Assembly: GCA_964543035.1 (NCBI GenBank)
Contig: CAZIVL010000001.1
Coordinates: forward strand, 236,159 to 300,158
DNA from: an uncultured Gammaproteobacteria bacterium
Lineage (GTDB): Bacteria; Patescibacteriota; Microgenomatia; CAZETR01; Amesbacteraceae
Direction: 5' to 3'
Length of the DNA: 64,000 bases
Each line of letters begins with the position of its first letter. Position 1 is the first letter of the stretch. This document shows positions 55,696 through 64,000 of the stretch, piece by piece. The position numbers and the translations under genes were made by a program. The notes beneath the pieces are model-generated. The model made no database searches, had not been told where the DNA came from, and worked only from the letters and a program-made list of their open reading frames with translations.

Positions 55696-56320
55696 TTTCT
55701 ACTTTGTCTTTTAAAAATAAAATTTCGCCTCTTTGGCCCAAAAAATGTTTTCGTATCAAGCTCAATATGTCTGCTACAAATGTCCAGATACCTCCAGAAT
55801 ATACTATGTCTTTTATTTCAAAACCTGATTTGACAAGAAAGTCTCTAATTTTTGCTTCAGAGTAATGTCTGTGACCTAAAAACCACCACGCTGGGTCTCC
55901 CAAGACACACAACAAGTTGTCGGTAACTGTAGATAAGCAAAAAATTCCCTTAGGAGATAGTACTCTCCATACCTCTTTCAGCGCCAAAAGCTCACTATTT
56001 TTTGGCAAGTGCTCAATCACATCCCACATAGTTACTACTTGAAATTTATGGTTATCAAACGGCAAACTTAAAGCAGATCCTACGACGAAATTTCCAATTT
56101 TTCGTGTCTTGGCATACTTTACAGCCTGTTCATTTGGATCAATTCCCCATACCTGTTTTGCGCCCTTGCTTATACAAGATAGCCACTGGCCTGTCCAACA
56201 CCCAATGTCTAGTACAGTTTTTCCTTTGACAATTTTTTGTGTAATTCTCGCTTCAAAACGGTGATGCAAGGACGGTAAGACATCATACAAAAAATTTACC
56301 CGCCTATCTTCCCTAATCAT
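55634..56320 (-). CDS. class I SAM-dependent methyltransferase
   Basis: VLDIGCWTGQW (motif I) ... VVTMWDVIEHL. Confidence 0.7.
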   Translation of the reverse strand: MIREDRRVNFLYDVLPSLHHRFEARITQKIVKGKTVLDIGCWTGQWLSCISKGAKQVWGIDPNEQAVKYAKTRKIGNFVVGSALSLPFDNHKFQVVTMWDVIEHLPKNSELLALKEVWRVLSPKGIFCLSTVTDNLLCVLGDPAWWFLGHRHYSEAKIRDFLVKSGFEIKDIVYSGGIWTFVADILSLIRKHFLGQRGEILFLKDKVESEHRGKGWIQIHVMAQKNES

Positions 56321-56330
56321 AGCTCGCGCT

Positions 56331-56359
56331 AGTATATAATTAAATATTGCCAGTCACAA
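56331..56359 (-). promoter_or_regulatory. candidate sigma70-like promoter for the minus-strand operon (TTGTGA-17-TATACT on the minus strand) in a 38-nt divergent intergenic region
   Basis: Minus-strand -35 is the revcomp of 56354-56359. Minus-strand -10 is the revcomp of 56331-56336, 10 nt upstream of the 56320 start codon. The same region carries TATATAAT on the plus strand upstream of the 56359 start. Confidence 0.35.
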
Positions 56360-58308
56360 TGCAAAATAAAAAAAATCCCCTACTGCTTATTCTGCTTGTA
56401 ATAGTTCTTACTGTAGTTGGAAATTGGTATAGTCCCATGGCGCAGTTGGCAGGAGGGGAGGAGGGATTCACAGTATTCAATCACCAATCGATCATAAGTC
56501 AGATTTATCCCTGGCAGAAAGTGGGCACTGGAGCCCCTCTTCCTTTTTACATTACAAAAGCAGTTCCAGTACTCCTAAACAAGCTCCTTCTGGGAGCAGG
56601 TCTTGAGCTATATAAGTCTCAAATGATTTTTATGTTTTTGATGTTGTCCTCTGGAGTCTTGGGAATGTTTTTTCTTGCAAGACACCTATTTTCAAGTCAC
56701 TCAGATCAAGATGGGATTTCGTTTCTTTCCGCTCTTTTTTACTTGTTCAATCTATTTACACTTTCCCAGGTTTTTAACAGATTAATTTTAGCAGGAATAT
56801 TTTTGTGGGCATATTTACCTATTTGGTTGTATCTATGGGACAAACTACTTATTGATCCAAAGGTAAAAAAATGGCTGATTTTTTTGGGAAGTAGCTTGCT
56901 GTATTCTATGGTTTTCCACCATTTGGCCAACATATTGACACTGTGGACGGTTGCAGGGGTTTGGGCAGTCGCGAGAATCATTCAGAACAGGAGTCGCTTT
57001 CGTTTGATTGCCATCACTTCGCTTTTTGCTCTACTTATGTGGTTATTGGTAAATCTCTGGTTTGTAGTGCCTTATGTCAGCCTGGTGTCCCAAGCAACCC
57101 AGGCCGTGCAGGGTCAGGCTTACAATCTCGATCAGCTTAGTGGGCTAAGTACATTTTATAAAAACGATCAGGTTCTAACTCTCAGACAAAAACACGTTTT
57201 TGGGCCAAATTCTCATTTATTTTCTTTTTATTCACATTCAGCAATAAAAATTATCAGTCTGGTCATACTTGCTGTAATGCTATTCGGTTTTTGGAAGACA
57301 AAACTGTCAGCCTACAAATTCCCTCTGACACTACTTGCGGTATTGGGTTGGTATATCAGTAAAGGGACAAATTTTCCTGGAGGATACACCTTTTTTAAAG
57401 TGTTGTTATACGTATTTCCTCCAGCTCAAGTATGGAGGAATTCTTATGAAAAATTTGGTCTGGTGTGGGTTCTGACCTATTCAATATTTTTTGCATCCGG
57501 AGTTTTTTTGATCGCAAAAAGATTAAAACCATCTTTAGCAAAATTGTGGATAATTGGGATATCTGTAGTTTCTTTTGGTCTTCTTTCATGGCCCCTCTGG
57601 ACAGGAAGGTTATTTTCTGACTCTCAGTTTGTGCATATTCCTGAGTATTTCTTTTCTGCAAACAACTATCTTTCTTCTCTACCAGAGAAAGGAAGAATTC
57701 TAATGCTTCCTCTTCATCAAAACGATAGCGTCCGCTTCAAGTGGGGGTACATTGGCACAGAGCCTAGTGAATTTCTATTTGATCTTCCCACCGTTTCACG
57801 TCCAAGCGGCAACCCGACTTTCGATAAAAAATACAAAACTCTTTACGAAGCATTTGTGTCTGGAGGGGATTATTCAAGTATTTTGGATGAGATGGGAATT
57901 AAGTTTATTGTCATTAGAAACGATATAGATTTGACTTGGGAAAAAGCAAGTTCTTCTGCTCAGGTAAAACAGATCTTAGAAGCCAATTCACGCGTAGTTC
58001 CACTGAAAGCTTTTGGCGAGCTAGAAATATATAAATACGAAAGCCCAGAAGACCCCCAAATAAGATTAATAGGGGGAGGATCAGTTCGTGCAAGTGTCGA
58101 GAACTCTGGATATTTAAAATATATAGTTCATATATCTGAGGCATCAGAACCCTTCACACTAGTTTTGAAAAATACCCACAACCCACATTGGCAGGCCATC
58201 ATTGATGGAAAAAATATTTCAAAAAACTCTCTTTCATTGGGATACGCAAACGGTTGGGACGTCACAAAACTTGGAAATTATGAAATAAATATTGTTTTCA
58301 AAATATGA
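56359..58308 (+). CDS. large polytopic membrane protein, YfhO-like or GT-C-like (family uncertain)
   Basis: The ORF is open from a TTG at 56347 and the first ATG is at 56359 (MQNKKNPLLLIL). About 650 aa with more than 12 TM helices. C-terminal NPHWQAIIDGKNI...NGW resembles the PGW...DG motif of the YfhO-like proteins in this window. Confidence 0.5.
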   Translation: MQNKKNPLLLILLVIVLTVVGNWYSPMAQLAGGEEGFTVFNHQSIISQIYPWQKVGTGAPLPFYITKAVPVLLNKLLLGAGLELYKSQMIFMFLMLSSGVLGMFFLARHLFSSHSDQDGISFLSALFYLFNLFTLSQVFNRLILAGIFLWAYLPIWLYLWDKLLIDPKVKKWLIFLGSSLLYSMVFHHLANILTLWTVAGVWAVARIIQNRSRFRLIAITSLFALLMWLLVNLWFVVPYVSLVSQATQAVQGQAYNLDQLSGLSTFYKNDQVLTLRQKHVFGPNSHLFSFYSHSAIKIISLVILAVMLFGFWKTKLSAYKFPLTLLAVLGWYISKGTNFPGGYTFFKVLLYVFPPAQVWRNSYEKFGLVWVLTYSIFFASGVFLIAKRLKPSLAKLWIIGISVVSFGLLSWPLWTGRLFSDSQFVHIPEYFFSANNYLSSLPEKGRILMLPLHQNDSVRFKWGYIGTEPSEFLFDLPTVSRPSGNPTFDKKYKTLYEAFVSGGDYSSILDEMGIKFIVIRNDIDLTWEKASSSAQVKQILEANSRVVPLKAFGELEIYKYESPEDPQIRLIGGGSVRASVENSGYLKYIVHISEASEPFTLVLKNTHNPHWQAIIDGKNISKNSLSLGYANGWDVTKLGNYEINIVFKI

Positions 58309-59666
58309 TCAAAAAAAAGTCTCTGACATTCATATTTTTAATGATTTGTTTTTTGACTGTGATTCTACGCTGGCAAAGTTGGTGGACTCCGATAAATAGA
58401 GACGAGGGCGGTTATGCATACGTTGCTTCCGAGCTAAATACTTCAGAATTTGTCCCTTACAGAGATGCTTTTGAACATAAACCGCCAATGATCAACTGGA
58501 TATATAGATTGGGTTTCAATATTATGGGCGAAAACCAGTTTGCAGTTAGATCTTTGGGTTTCTTTGCATCCATTGCAACTTCGTTTATTTTCTTTTTGAT
58601 TGTCAGACGAGTTGGTCCAACGCTTATTTTGGTGTTCTTTTCAAACACATTGTTTCTTTCTGGTAGTGGTAGTAATGTTGAAATATTTTTGTCTCCCCTC
58701 CTATTGCTCGCTTACTTATTTATTACCAAAAATCGAGCTTTTTTTGCAGGCTTGATACTTGGTATTGCGTTTGTACTTAAGCCCGTTGCCGGGACTAATA
58801 TTCTGTTTGCTTATTTACTTGTCAAAAAAAGAGTAATGTTTACTGCAGGATGGCTCGCAGCCCCAGTCGCACTGATGCTATACCAGTTAAACACGCCTGG
58901 ATTTATAGATTTTATTAACGCAGTCGTAGGATATAACACACTCTATGTTCAATCTGGATTTTCTACTCTAAATAACAATGATAACTTTTTTAGATTTTTA
59001 GTATTTCCAGATCCTGTATTGGTAGTAATCTGTGTAGGATTAGTCATTTTGATTTTAAAAAATACTTCTCTTATTCGCCTTTCTCCCAGGCAGTTAATTT
59101 GGTTGTTGGCTACTTTTTTAGGAGCAAAAGTACTATCTCGGGAGGCTGAGCACTATTATTACCCGCTATTGGCCTCACTGGGTCTCGTGTTTGTAGAATT
59201 TCCATTCTCCAAGCTAAAGAAATTGATGATCATCTCTCTCGCATTATATTTCTTTATTCATGTTAGATTTGTTTTTACCTCTCCCAAAACTGCACTCTTA
59301 TCTGTCATGGGTCACACCACCATTCAGAGTTATCATGCTCGCGAGATTGGCATCAAGGCCAAGTCAGTGGCACTTGATGGAGATGTAGCTCATGTATCTT
59401 TGGTAGGGGAGCCTCAGATACTTTTCTACTCCGGTTTACCGTCAGCAAACAGGTGTTTTAACACGTTTTGTTTAGGTTTTTATGTTGATGCTCCCAAATA
59501 TATTCTTTCTTCATTAGACAAAAAACCTGTTGTAGTTGTGGCATACCCAGGTCTAATTCCAGGATTTGAAGACAAATTGAAGACAATGGGGTATTATTCT
59601 GATCTGACTACTTATTTTGCACCCGTGTATTGGCGTCCAGATGCAGCAAAAAAACTAGGTTTATGA
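58305..59666 (+). CDS. ArnT-like GT-C membrane glycosyltransferase (GT83-like)
   Basis: ATGA overlap. INRDEGGYAYVASEL...VPYRDAFEHKPPMINW closely resembles the ArnT DE-motif loop (DEARYAEIAREM...YFEKPP). Confidence 0.7.
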   Translation: MIKKKSLTFIFLMICFLTVILRWQSWWTPINRDEGGYAYVASELNTSEFVPYRDAFEHKPPMINWIYRLGFNIMGENQFAVRSLGFFASIATSFIFFLIVRRVGPTLILVFFSNTLFLSGSGSNVEIFLSPLLLLAYLFITKNRAFFAGLILGIAFVLKPVAGTNILFAYLLVKKRVMFTAGWLAAPVALMLYQLNTPGFIDFINAVVGYNTLYVQSGFSTLNNNDNFFRFLVFPDPVLVVICVGLVILILKNTSLIRLSPRQLIWLLATFLGAKVLSREAEHYYYPLLASLGLVFVEFPFSKLKKLMIISLALYFFIHVRFVFTSPKTALLSVMGHTTIQSYHAREIGIKAKSVALDGDVAHVSLVGEPQILFYSGLPSANRCFNTFCLGFYVDAPKYILSSLDKKPVVVVAYPGLIPGFEDKLKTMGYYSDLTTYFAPVYWRPDAAKKLGL

Positions 59667-60592
59667 ACACATTATCAAAATGCCGTGTATGTGACTCAAA
59701 AGAAGTCGCGCTTGTATGCAAATTTAAGGAATTAGATTATTTTAGGTGCAGAAATTGTGACCTCGTGTTTCTGAATAATCCGCCTTCCTCAAAATTCTAC
59801 AAAGAGCTCTATTCCTACTCAGCATCAAAAATGACTGACCCTGAGAGACATAACCCCTTGCTAAATATTGTTATGAGTCTCCCTTTTTCATCAATCTTTT
59901 TAAATTACATGGGAAAAGGAATTGACCAGCTTAGAGCGAGCGCTGTGTGTGATCTCTCGATCAAGAAGTCTGTTCTCGATATAGGCTGTGGAGGTGGCAA
60001 CTTTATTGCTGGCCTTGAATCTCTTGGTTGGAAAGTGGCGGGCACCGAAATGGGTAGGCATCTAGTAGAAGCATCCTCTACAAAATTAAAATCAGGTAAA
60101 GTATACATGGGAAAAGTAGATCAGATAAATTTCAAAGCCAATAAGTTTGGAGTAGTCACACTTTGGCATGTATTTGAGCATATTTTTGAAATTGGACCCA
60201 CATTAAAATCAATATCAAAAATTATTGATAAGTCGGGTACCTTAGTGATAGAGGTGCCTCATTCAAACTCACTCAACTTTAGGGTCTTTAACAAACACTG
60301 GTCACTTCTTATGCCCCCTCAGCATCTTCATTTCTGGTCCAAAAAGTCTTTTGCCACATATCTAAAAAAATTTGGATTTAGAGTATCAAATGTAGAATAC
60401 CCTCTTCATTTTCCGTTTGTCTTCTCATCTAGTCTAATAAAAGTATCACCACTTCTTATTATTTTTTTGCCTTTATGGATTCCATTATCAATTACGATGA
60501 CGCTTATTATGTCATTTCTTCGCCAGGGAGACGTAATTCGTATTTATGCAGTTTTAGATTTTGACAAGAGAAAACTTCCGATGGCCATGTAG
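59663..60592 (+). CDS. class I SAM-dependent methyltransferase with N-terminal C4 zinc-ribbon
   Basis: ATGA overlap at 59663-59666. CRVCDSKEV...CRNCDLVF (CxxC...CxxC), then VLDIGCGGGNF (motif I). Hydrophobic C-terminal tail. Confidence 0.7.
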   Translation: MNTLSKCRVCDSKEVALVCKFKELDYFRCRNCDLVFLNNPPSSKFYKELYSYSASKMTDPERHNPLLNIVMSLPFSSIFLNYMGKGIDQLRASAVCDLSIKKSVLDIGCGGGNFIAGLESLGWKVAGTEMGRHLVEASSTKLKSGKVYMGKVDQINFKANKFGVVTLWHVFEHIFEIGPTLKSISKIIDKSGTLVIEVPHSNSLNFRVFNKHWSLLMPPQHLHFWSKKSFATYLKKFGFRVSNVEYPLHFPFVFSSSLIKVSPLLIIFLPLWIPLSITMTLIMSFLRQGDVIRIYAVLDFDKRKLPMAM

Positions 60593-62301
60593 TCCAGTCC
60601 TGTGTCATAAAAACATTTTATTGCTTCTTCTGGATTTCCCACAATTGGTTGACCTCTGATATTAAAAGAAGTGTTTAGTATTACTGGAACTTTGGTCAAT
60701 TTCCCAAACTCTTCTACTAGTTTGTAATACATGGGATTGTGTTTAAGTGAAATCCTTTGAGGTCTAGCAGTTCCATCTACATGAACGACAGCAGGAATTT
60801 CTTTGGCCCTTTTTTCAGGAACATCAAATGAAATAATCATAAAATCAGGTTTAGGGGTAGGAGACTCAAGATACATCTCCACTCCTTTATCTGTCATCGA
60901 GGGACAAAACGGTCTAAATGGCTCTCGATATTTTACCCTTGAGTTAATTATATCCTTGTTCTCGGCCTTTCGAGGGTCCATAAGGATTGATCTGTTGCCT
61001 AGCGCTCTCGGACCTGATTCCATCTTTCCTTGAAACCAGCCTACAATTTTTCCTTTTGCAAGAAGCGATGCCGTGTCTTTAATTAACTTAGAAGTACTTG
61101 TGTACTTTGTGTATTTTATTTGTCTTGTCTTGAGGGCGGATTCAATCTCAGCATCAGAAAATTCCGTGCCCCAATATGCGTGCTCAATCTTACGGCCAGG
61201 TACTTTTCGAGGAGCAGGATAATTATGATACGCCCACAATGCCGCTCCTACCCCAAGTCCTCCATCCCCAGCATCGGGAAAAACATACATATCCTCCAAA
61301 AGACCTGCTTCCCAAATTCTCTGATTCATCTTTACATTCAAAAAGACTCCTCCGCCCGCGGCCAGCTTTTTTACACCAAGCTTTTTAATCCATGGCAACA
61401 AGAAGTTTAACATCTGCTCTTCCAGGACCCTCTGCGCTTCAGCCGCAATATCTTCTCTGCCATATCTATCAACTAGTTTTTTTACTTGCTCACTCTGGGG
61501 GTAATGCCAATGATCAACTCCATTAGCGTGCCAGCTCGAATACGCACCGAAGTTATATGGTTTAACTAGCTTGCCATCTTTATATTTCGGAACAATGTCG
61601 TCTAGTAGTCCACGAGTTTTTGTGGTCTTTCCATAAGGGGCCAGGCCCATCACTTTTCCTTCACCTTCGTTTATTTGCCAGCCTAGAGCCTCTGTCACAA
61701 TACTGTAAAAAAATCCCAACGATCCAGATCTCCCTATTTTTAACACTGGAGTCAATTCGCCATTCTCGCCAATCCACAAAGTTTGTGATAAAGCATATCC
61801 ACTTCCATCCGATGTCACAACTAAACATCTGTCTTTAAAACCCGATCCATAATACGCAGCGGCAGCGTGTGAAAGATGATGACTTACTTGAATGACCTTG
61901 GCGTCTTTTGATAATAAGTATTTCTTCTGATAAATAGGAAATTCCTGTTTTGAAAAAATTTTAGCCTTGTTAACTAAATTGTGTAAATTGCGTACCACAA
62001 AATCTACATAGTAGTCGACCTGATTTGGGAAGTCTTTTTCAATTTCCAACACTTCTGTCTCGGGGTTACCAAACAACATTCTTATTTCTGGAATCTCAGT
62101 TAGCTCTGGTACCACAACCAAATCCAAGTCTTTAGAAGAAATACCAGTAGTCTTCAAACACGTCTCAAGAGATTTCACTGGCAAGGATACACAATGTTTA
62201 ATGTTTACCAGTCTTTCTTCTTGGATATTAAAAGAAACTTTTCCGTCCTGAACAAGAGCCACACTAGAATCGTGTCCTCGGTGAATTCCTAATATATTCA
62301 T
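60544..62301 (-). CDS. carbamoyltransferase, NodU/CmcH/TobZ family
   Basis: 585 aa. N-terminal MNILGIHRGHDSSVALV (Kae1/HypF-like carbamoyltransferase N domain) and a C-terminal YrdC-like region. Its 3' end overlaps the convergent methyltransferase gene by 49 nt. Confidence 0.8.
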   Translation of the reverse strand: MNILGIHRGHDSSVALVQDGKVSFNIQEERLVNIKHCVSLPVKSLETCLKTTGISSKDLDLVVVPELTEIPEIRMLFGNPETEVLEIEKDFPNQVDYYVDFVVRNLHNLVNKAKIFSKQEFPIYQKKYLLSKDAKVIQVSHHLSHAAAAYYGSGFKDRCLVVTSDGSGYALSQTLWIGENGELTPVLKIGRSGSLGFFYSIVTEALGWQINEGEGKVMGLAPYGKTTKTRGLLDDIVPKYKDGKLVKPYNFGAYSSWHANGVDHWHYPQSEQVKKLVDRYGREDIAAEAQRVLEEQMLNFLLPWIKKLGVKKLAAGGGVFLNVKMNQRIWEAGLLEDMYVFPDAGDGGLGVGAALWAYHNYPAPRKVPGRKIEHAYWGTEFSDAEIESALKTRQIKYTKYTSTSKLIKDTASLLAKGKIVGWFQGKMESGPRALGNRSILMDPRKAENKDIINSRVKYREPFRPFCPSMTDKGVEMYLESPTPKPDFMIISFDVPEKRAKEIPAVVHVDGTARPQRISLKHNPMYYKLVEEFGKLTKVPVILNTSFNIRGQPIVGNPEEAIKCFYDTGLDYMAIGSFLLSKSKTA

Positions 62302-62338
62302 ATTTCTTAAAAGTTGGGTGATTTATATCACACGCTTG

Positions 62339-62368
62339 TTGCCTATTACAAGAAGATGTATGTATACT
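62339..62368 (+). promoter_or_regulatory. candidate sigma70-like promoter TTGCCT-18-TATACT, 7 nt upstream of the 62376 ATG (leaderless configuration)
   Basis: -35 at 62339-62344 and -10 at 62363-62368, in the 74-nt divergent intergenic region between the carbamoyltransferase start (62301) and the plus-strand membrane-protein ORF. Confidence 0.4.
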
Positions 62369-62375
62369 GCGCAAA

Positions 62376-64000
62376 ATGATTCAATATTTTATTTTGACTA
62401 TTTTGGTTTTTTTTGCGAACTGGAAAAGTCTTGGTCTGACACTTTATGCCGATGATTGGATAGTAATAGTCAAGTTTTTTTATACATTTGGTCCCGGAAA
62501 ATACTTTCCTTACTGGCGCATTGACACATGGTTTGCAGATTACGGCTTCCAAAACTTAATGGCTATCGCTTGGCTGATTTTTAAAGAAAATTCTATTTAT
62601 TATTACATTTTAAACCTGCTTACAAAATCTTTGGCAGCAACCAGTTTGTATTTTTTAATAAAGAGGGCATTTAACCAAAAAATTGCATGGGCAGCAGCTT
62701 TCTTTTTTTGCGTATTTAATATTGGCACAGAGACCACTGACTGGGTCTATAATTTTAATACATACATAGGAATTGCCATTGCATTGAGAGGTATCGATTT
62801 TTACTTATTCTCAAGTGGTATTAGTAGGATTGTGTTTGGTTGGGGTTTGATGTTATTAGGATATGGGGTTGTACCGATCAGATTGTATGTTATTCCAGTT
62901 TTGCTTCCGATTGCTGAGTTGATTAGATCTGTACATATGAAACTTCCAGTCAAGCAAATTATTGCACTATCTTTGGCTGCAACACTTTCTATAGTTGCTA
63001 TGAAGCACACATTTCCTTTTTTAGGTGCAATTAATAAACCAGCAATAATTGGAGGATGGAAGTCAGCCCAGGTCTTTATGGAAACTGGGCGTTGGGATTT
63101 TTGGTTGTATCCTTTTACAAACCTAGGAAAAATGGTGCTGCCCGTTGGACCAACTGAATTAGGTGATCTCGGATGGGCGGTGAGACCTATATCAAAATAC
63201 ATTTTGTACGGGGGTGGCATGGTACTTGTAGGTGCATATGTATTATTTAGATCAAAAATTAATTTATTTTTGTCACTATCTTTAGCGATTGGGATATCAA
63301 TAGCATTAAAGATTTTTATTAAGTACCAAGGAGACTGGGGTCTAAACAATTTTTCTTATTTTTTCTGGACATACTTAGGAATAATCATTACTGTTGTTTT
63401 ACTTCATCAATTGTGGAAGCATTACAAGTCCAATAACACCAATTTGTTGCTTCTGTTCATATTTACATCAGCTTCAATTTTTACATTTATTCTTCCTCAG
63501 CAAAATAATCCATCGTTTATTTTTGAATCGTTTCACAGATATTTAGCCTTTCCAGCTATTGGTATTTCTATACTTTTGTCAGTTGTTATTTTCAGGTCAA
63601 AAACTTTATTGAGCACAGCAGTGCTTACATTAGTTGTTGGATCACACTTTATAGCATCAAATTCATACTTTGATCGCTTACTAGTGGCTCGTAGCCCCGA
63701 AAAAAACACATTACTATTTGCTGAAATAAGAAGACTAGTTCCAGAGTTACCAAATGACTTACCCACAGTCTTTTATTTTGAGTATCCTGAGCCACAGGTT
63801 TATTACAATTTATTATATTCAAGTTTTGGTTATCACATGCAACTACTCTATGGTCAAAAACTTGATGAGTCATTAGTCGCATCTAGCGTCAGGACAATAC
63901 CCGATCTTGTATCAACAGTTGAAACTCGCAAAATACCTATCGATCATGTCTATGCTTTGAGCTGGAAAAACAATCAGTTTGTAGACATATCAAGCCAGAT
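62376..64000 (+). CDS. 3'-partial polytopic membrane protein (at least 541 aa, runs off window), putative GT-C-like; absent from the ORF track
   Basis: I translated the plus strand by hand from ATG 62376. No stop occurs through nt 63998. The sequence is highly hydrophobic and Trp/Tyr/Phe-rich (MIQYFILTILVFFANWKSLGLTLYADDWIVIVKFFYTFGPGKYFPYWRIDTW...). The minus-strand ORFs listed here (62346, 62801, 63533, 63649) are short antisense artefacts. Confidence 0.65.
   Translation, partial: MIQYFILTILVFFANWKSLGLTLYADDWIVIVKFFYTFGPGKYFPYWRIDTWFADYGFQNLMAIAWLIFKENSIYYYILNLLTKSLAATSLYFLIKRAFNQKIAWAAAFFFCVFNIGTETTDWVYNFNTYIGIAIALRGIDFYLFSSGISRIVFGWGLMLLGYGVVPIRLYVIPVLLPIAELIRSVHMKLPVKQIIALSLAATLSIVAMKHTFPFLGAINKPAIIGGWKSAQVFMETGRWDFWLYPFTNLGKMVLPVGPTELGDLGWAVRPISKYILYGGGMVLVGAYVLFRSKINLFLSLSLAIGISIALKIFIKYQGDWGLNNFSYFFWTYLGIIITVVLLHQLWKHYKSNNTNLLLLFIFTSASIFTFILPQQNNPSFIFESFHRYLAFPAIGISILLSVVIFRSKTLLSTAVLTLVVGSHFIASNSYFDRLLVARSPEKNTLLFAEIRRLVPELPNDLPTVFYFEYPEPQVYYNLLYSSFGYHMQLLYGQKLDESLVASSVRTIPDLVSTVETRKIPIDHVYALSWKNNQFVDISSQ

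Noticed and set aside
62346-63882. Minus-strand ORFs 62346..62552, 62801..63349, 63533..63766 and 63649..63882
   Set aside because: They lie antisense to a continuous plus-strand reading frame of at least 541 codons that encodes a coherent hydrophobic protein, so they are artefacts of that gene.
1-64000. Scan for CRISPR arrays, tRNA/rRNA genes, reverse transcriptase/DGR, transposase or integrase genes
   Set aside because: Intergenic spacers are almost all under 40 nt. There are no direct-repeat/spacer arrays. No ORF has RT, transposase or integrase motifs. The only repeated DNA found is the small palindromic element and one 15-nt tandem duplication.

Overview
The window is almost entirely plus-strand and gene-dense. 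Stops and starts overlap at at least 16 ATGA junctions. Two islands are minus-strand, 20783..23086 and 53801..56320, plus single minus-strand genes at 25186..26418 and 60544..62301. The content is one large envelope or protein glycosylation locus that looks like a Candidate Phyla Radiation (Microgenomates-like) genome. I see no rRNA, tRNA, CRISPR, transposase or integrase.

Protein families present:
- About 13 GT2 glycosyltransferases. Several are DPM1/GtrB/ArnC-like polyprenyl-phosphate-sugar synthases with C-terminal TM anchors.
- Four GT4 glycosyltransferases.
- At least 20 polytopic GT-C-type membrane proteins in three or four paralogous families. Eight are PMT_2/GT39-like with a DE...TGRDEWG N-terminal motif. 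Four belong to a second DxxRDA family. A third family is YfhO-like with a C-terminal PGW...DG motif. Three are DUF2029/GT87-like, and two are ArnT-like.
- A Wzx-like flippase.
- Tailoring enzymes: an AsnB-family amidotransferase, an SDR, three SAM methyltransferases (one with an N-terminal zinc ribbon), a P4H-like 2OG-Fe(II) oxygenase, a NodU/CmcH-type carbamoyltransferase and a cupin.

Features the ORF track misses:
- The first ORF is open from position 2 and fuses a GT2 synthase domain to a GT-C membrane domain.
- A GT2 gene at 52109..52833 is frameshifted at an A10 tract.
- A 60-70 bp GC-rich palindromic element with 11-bp terminal inverted repeats is inserted in-frame into two unrelated membrane-protein genes, with a degenerate third copy in a 5' leader. 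This resembles Rickettsia palindromic elements.
- A truncated PMT_2 paralog fragment lies at 12413..13021.
- A perfect 15-nt in-frame tandem duplication is present.
- A long membrane-protein CDS starts at 62376 and runs off the window end, downstream of a sigma70-like promoter in a divergent intergenic region.

All family assignments come from motif-level reading of the translations and need HMM confirmation.
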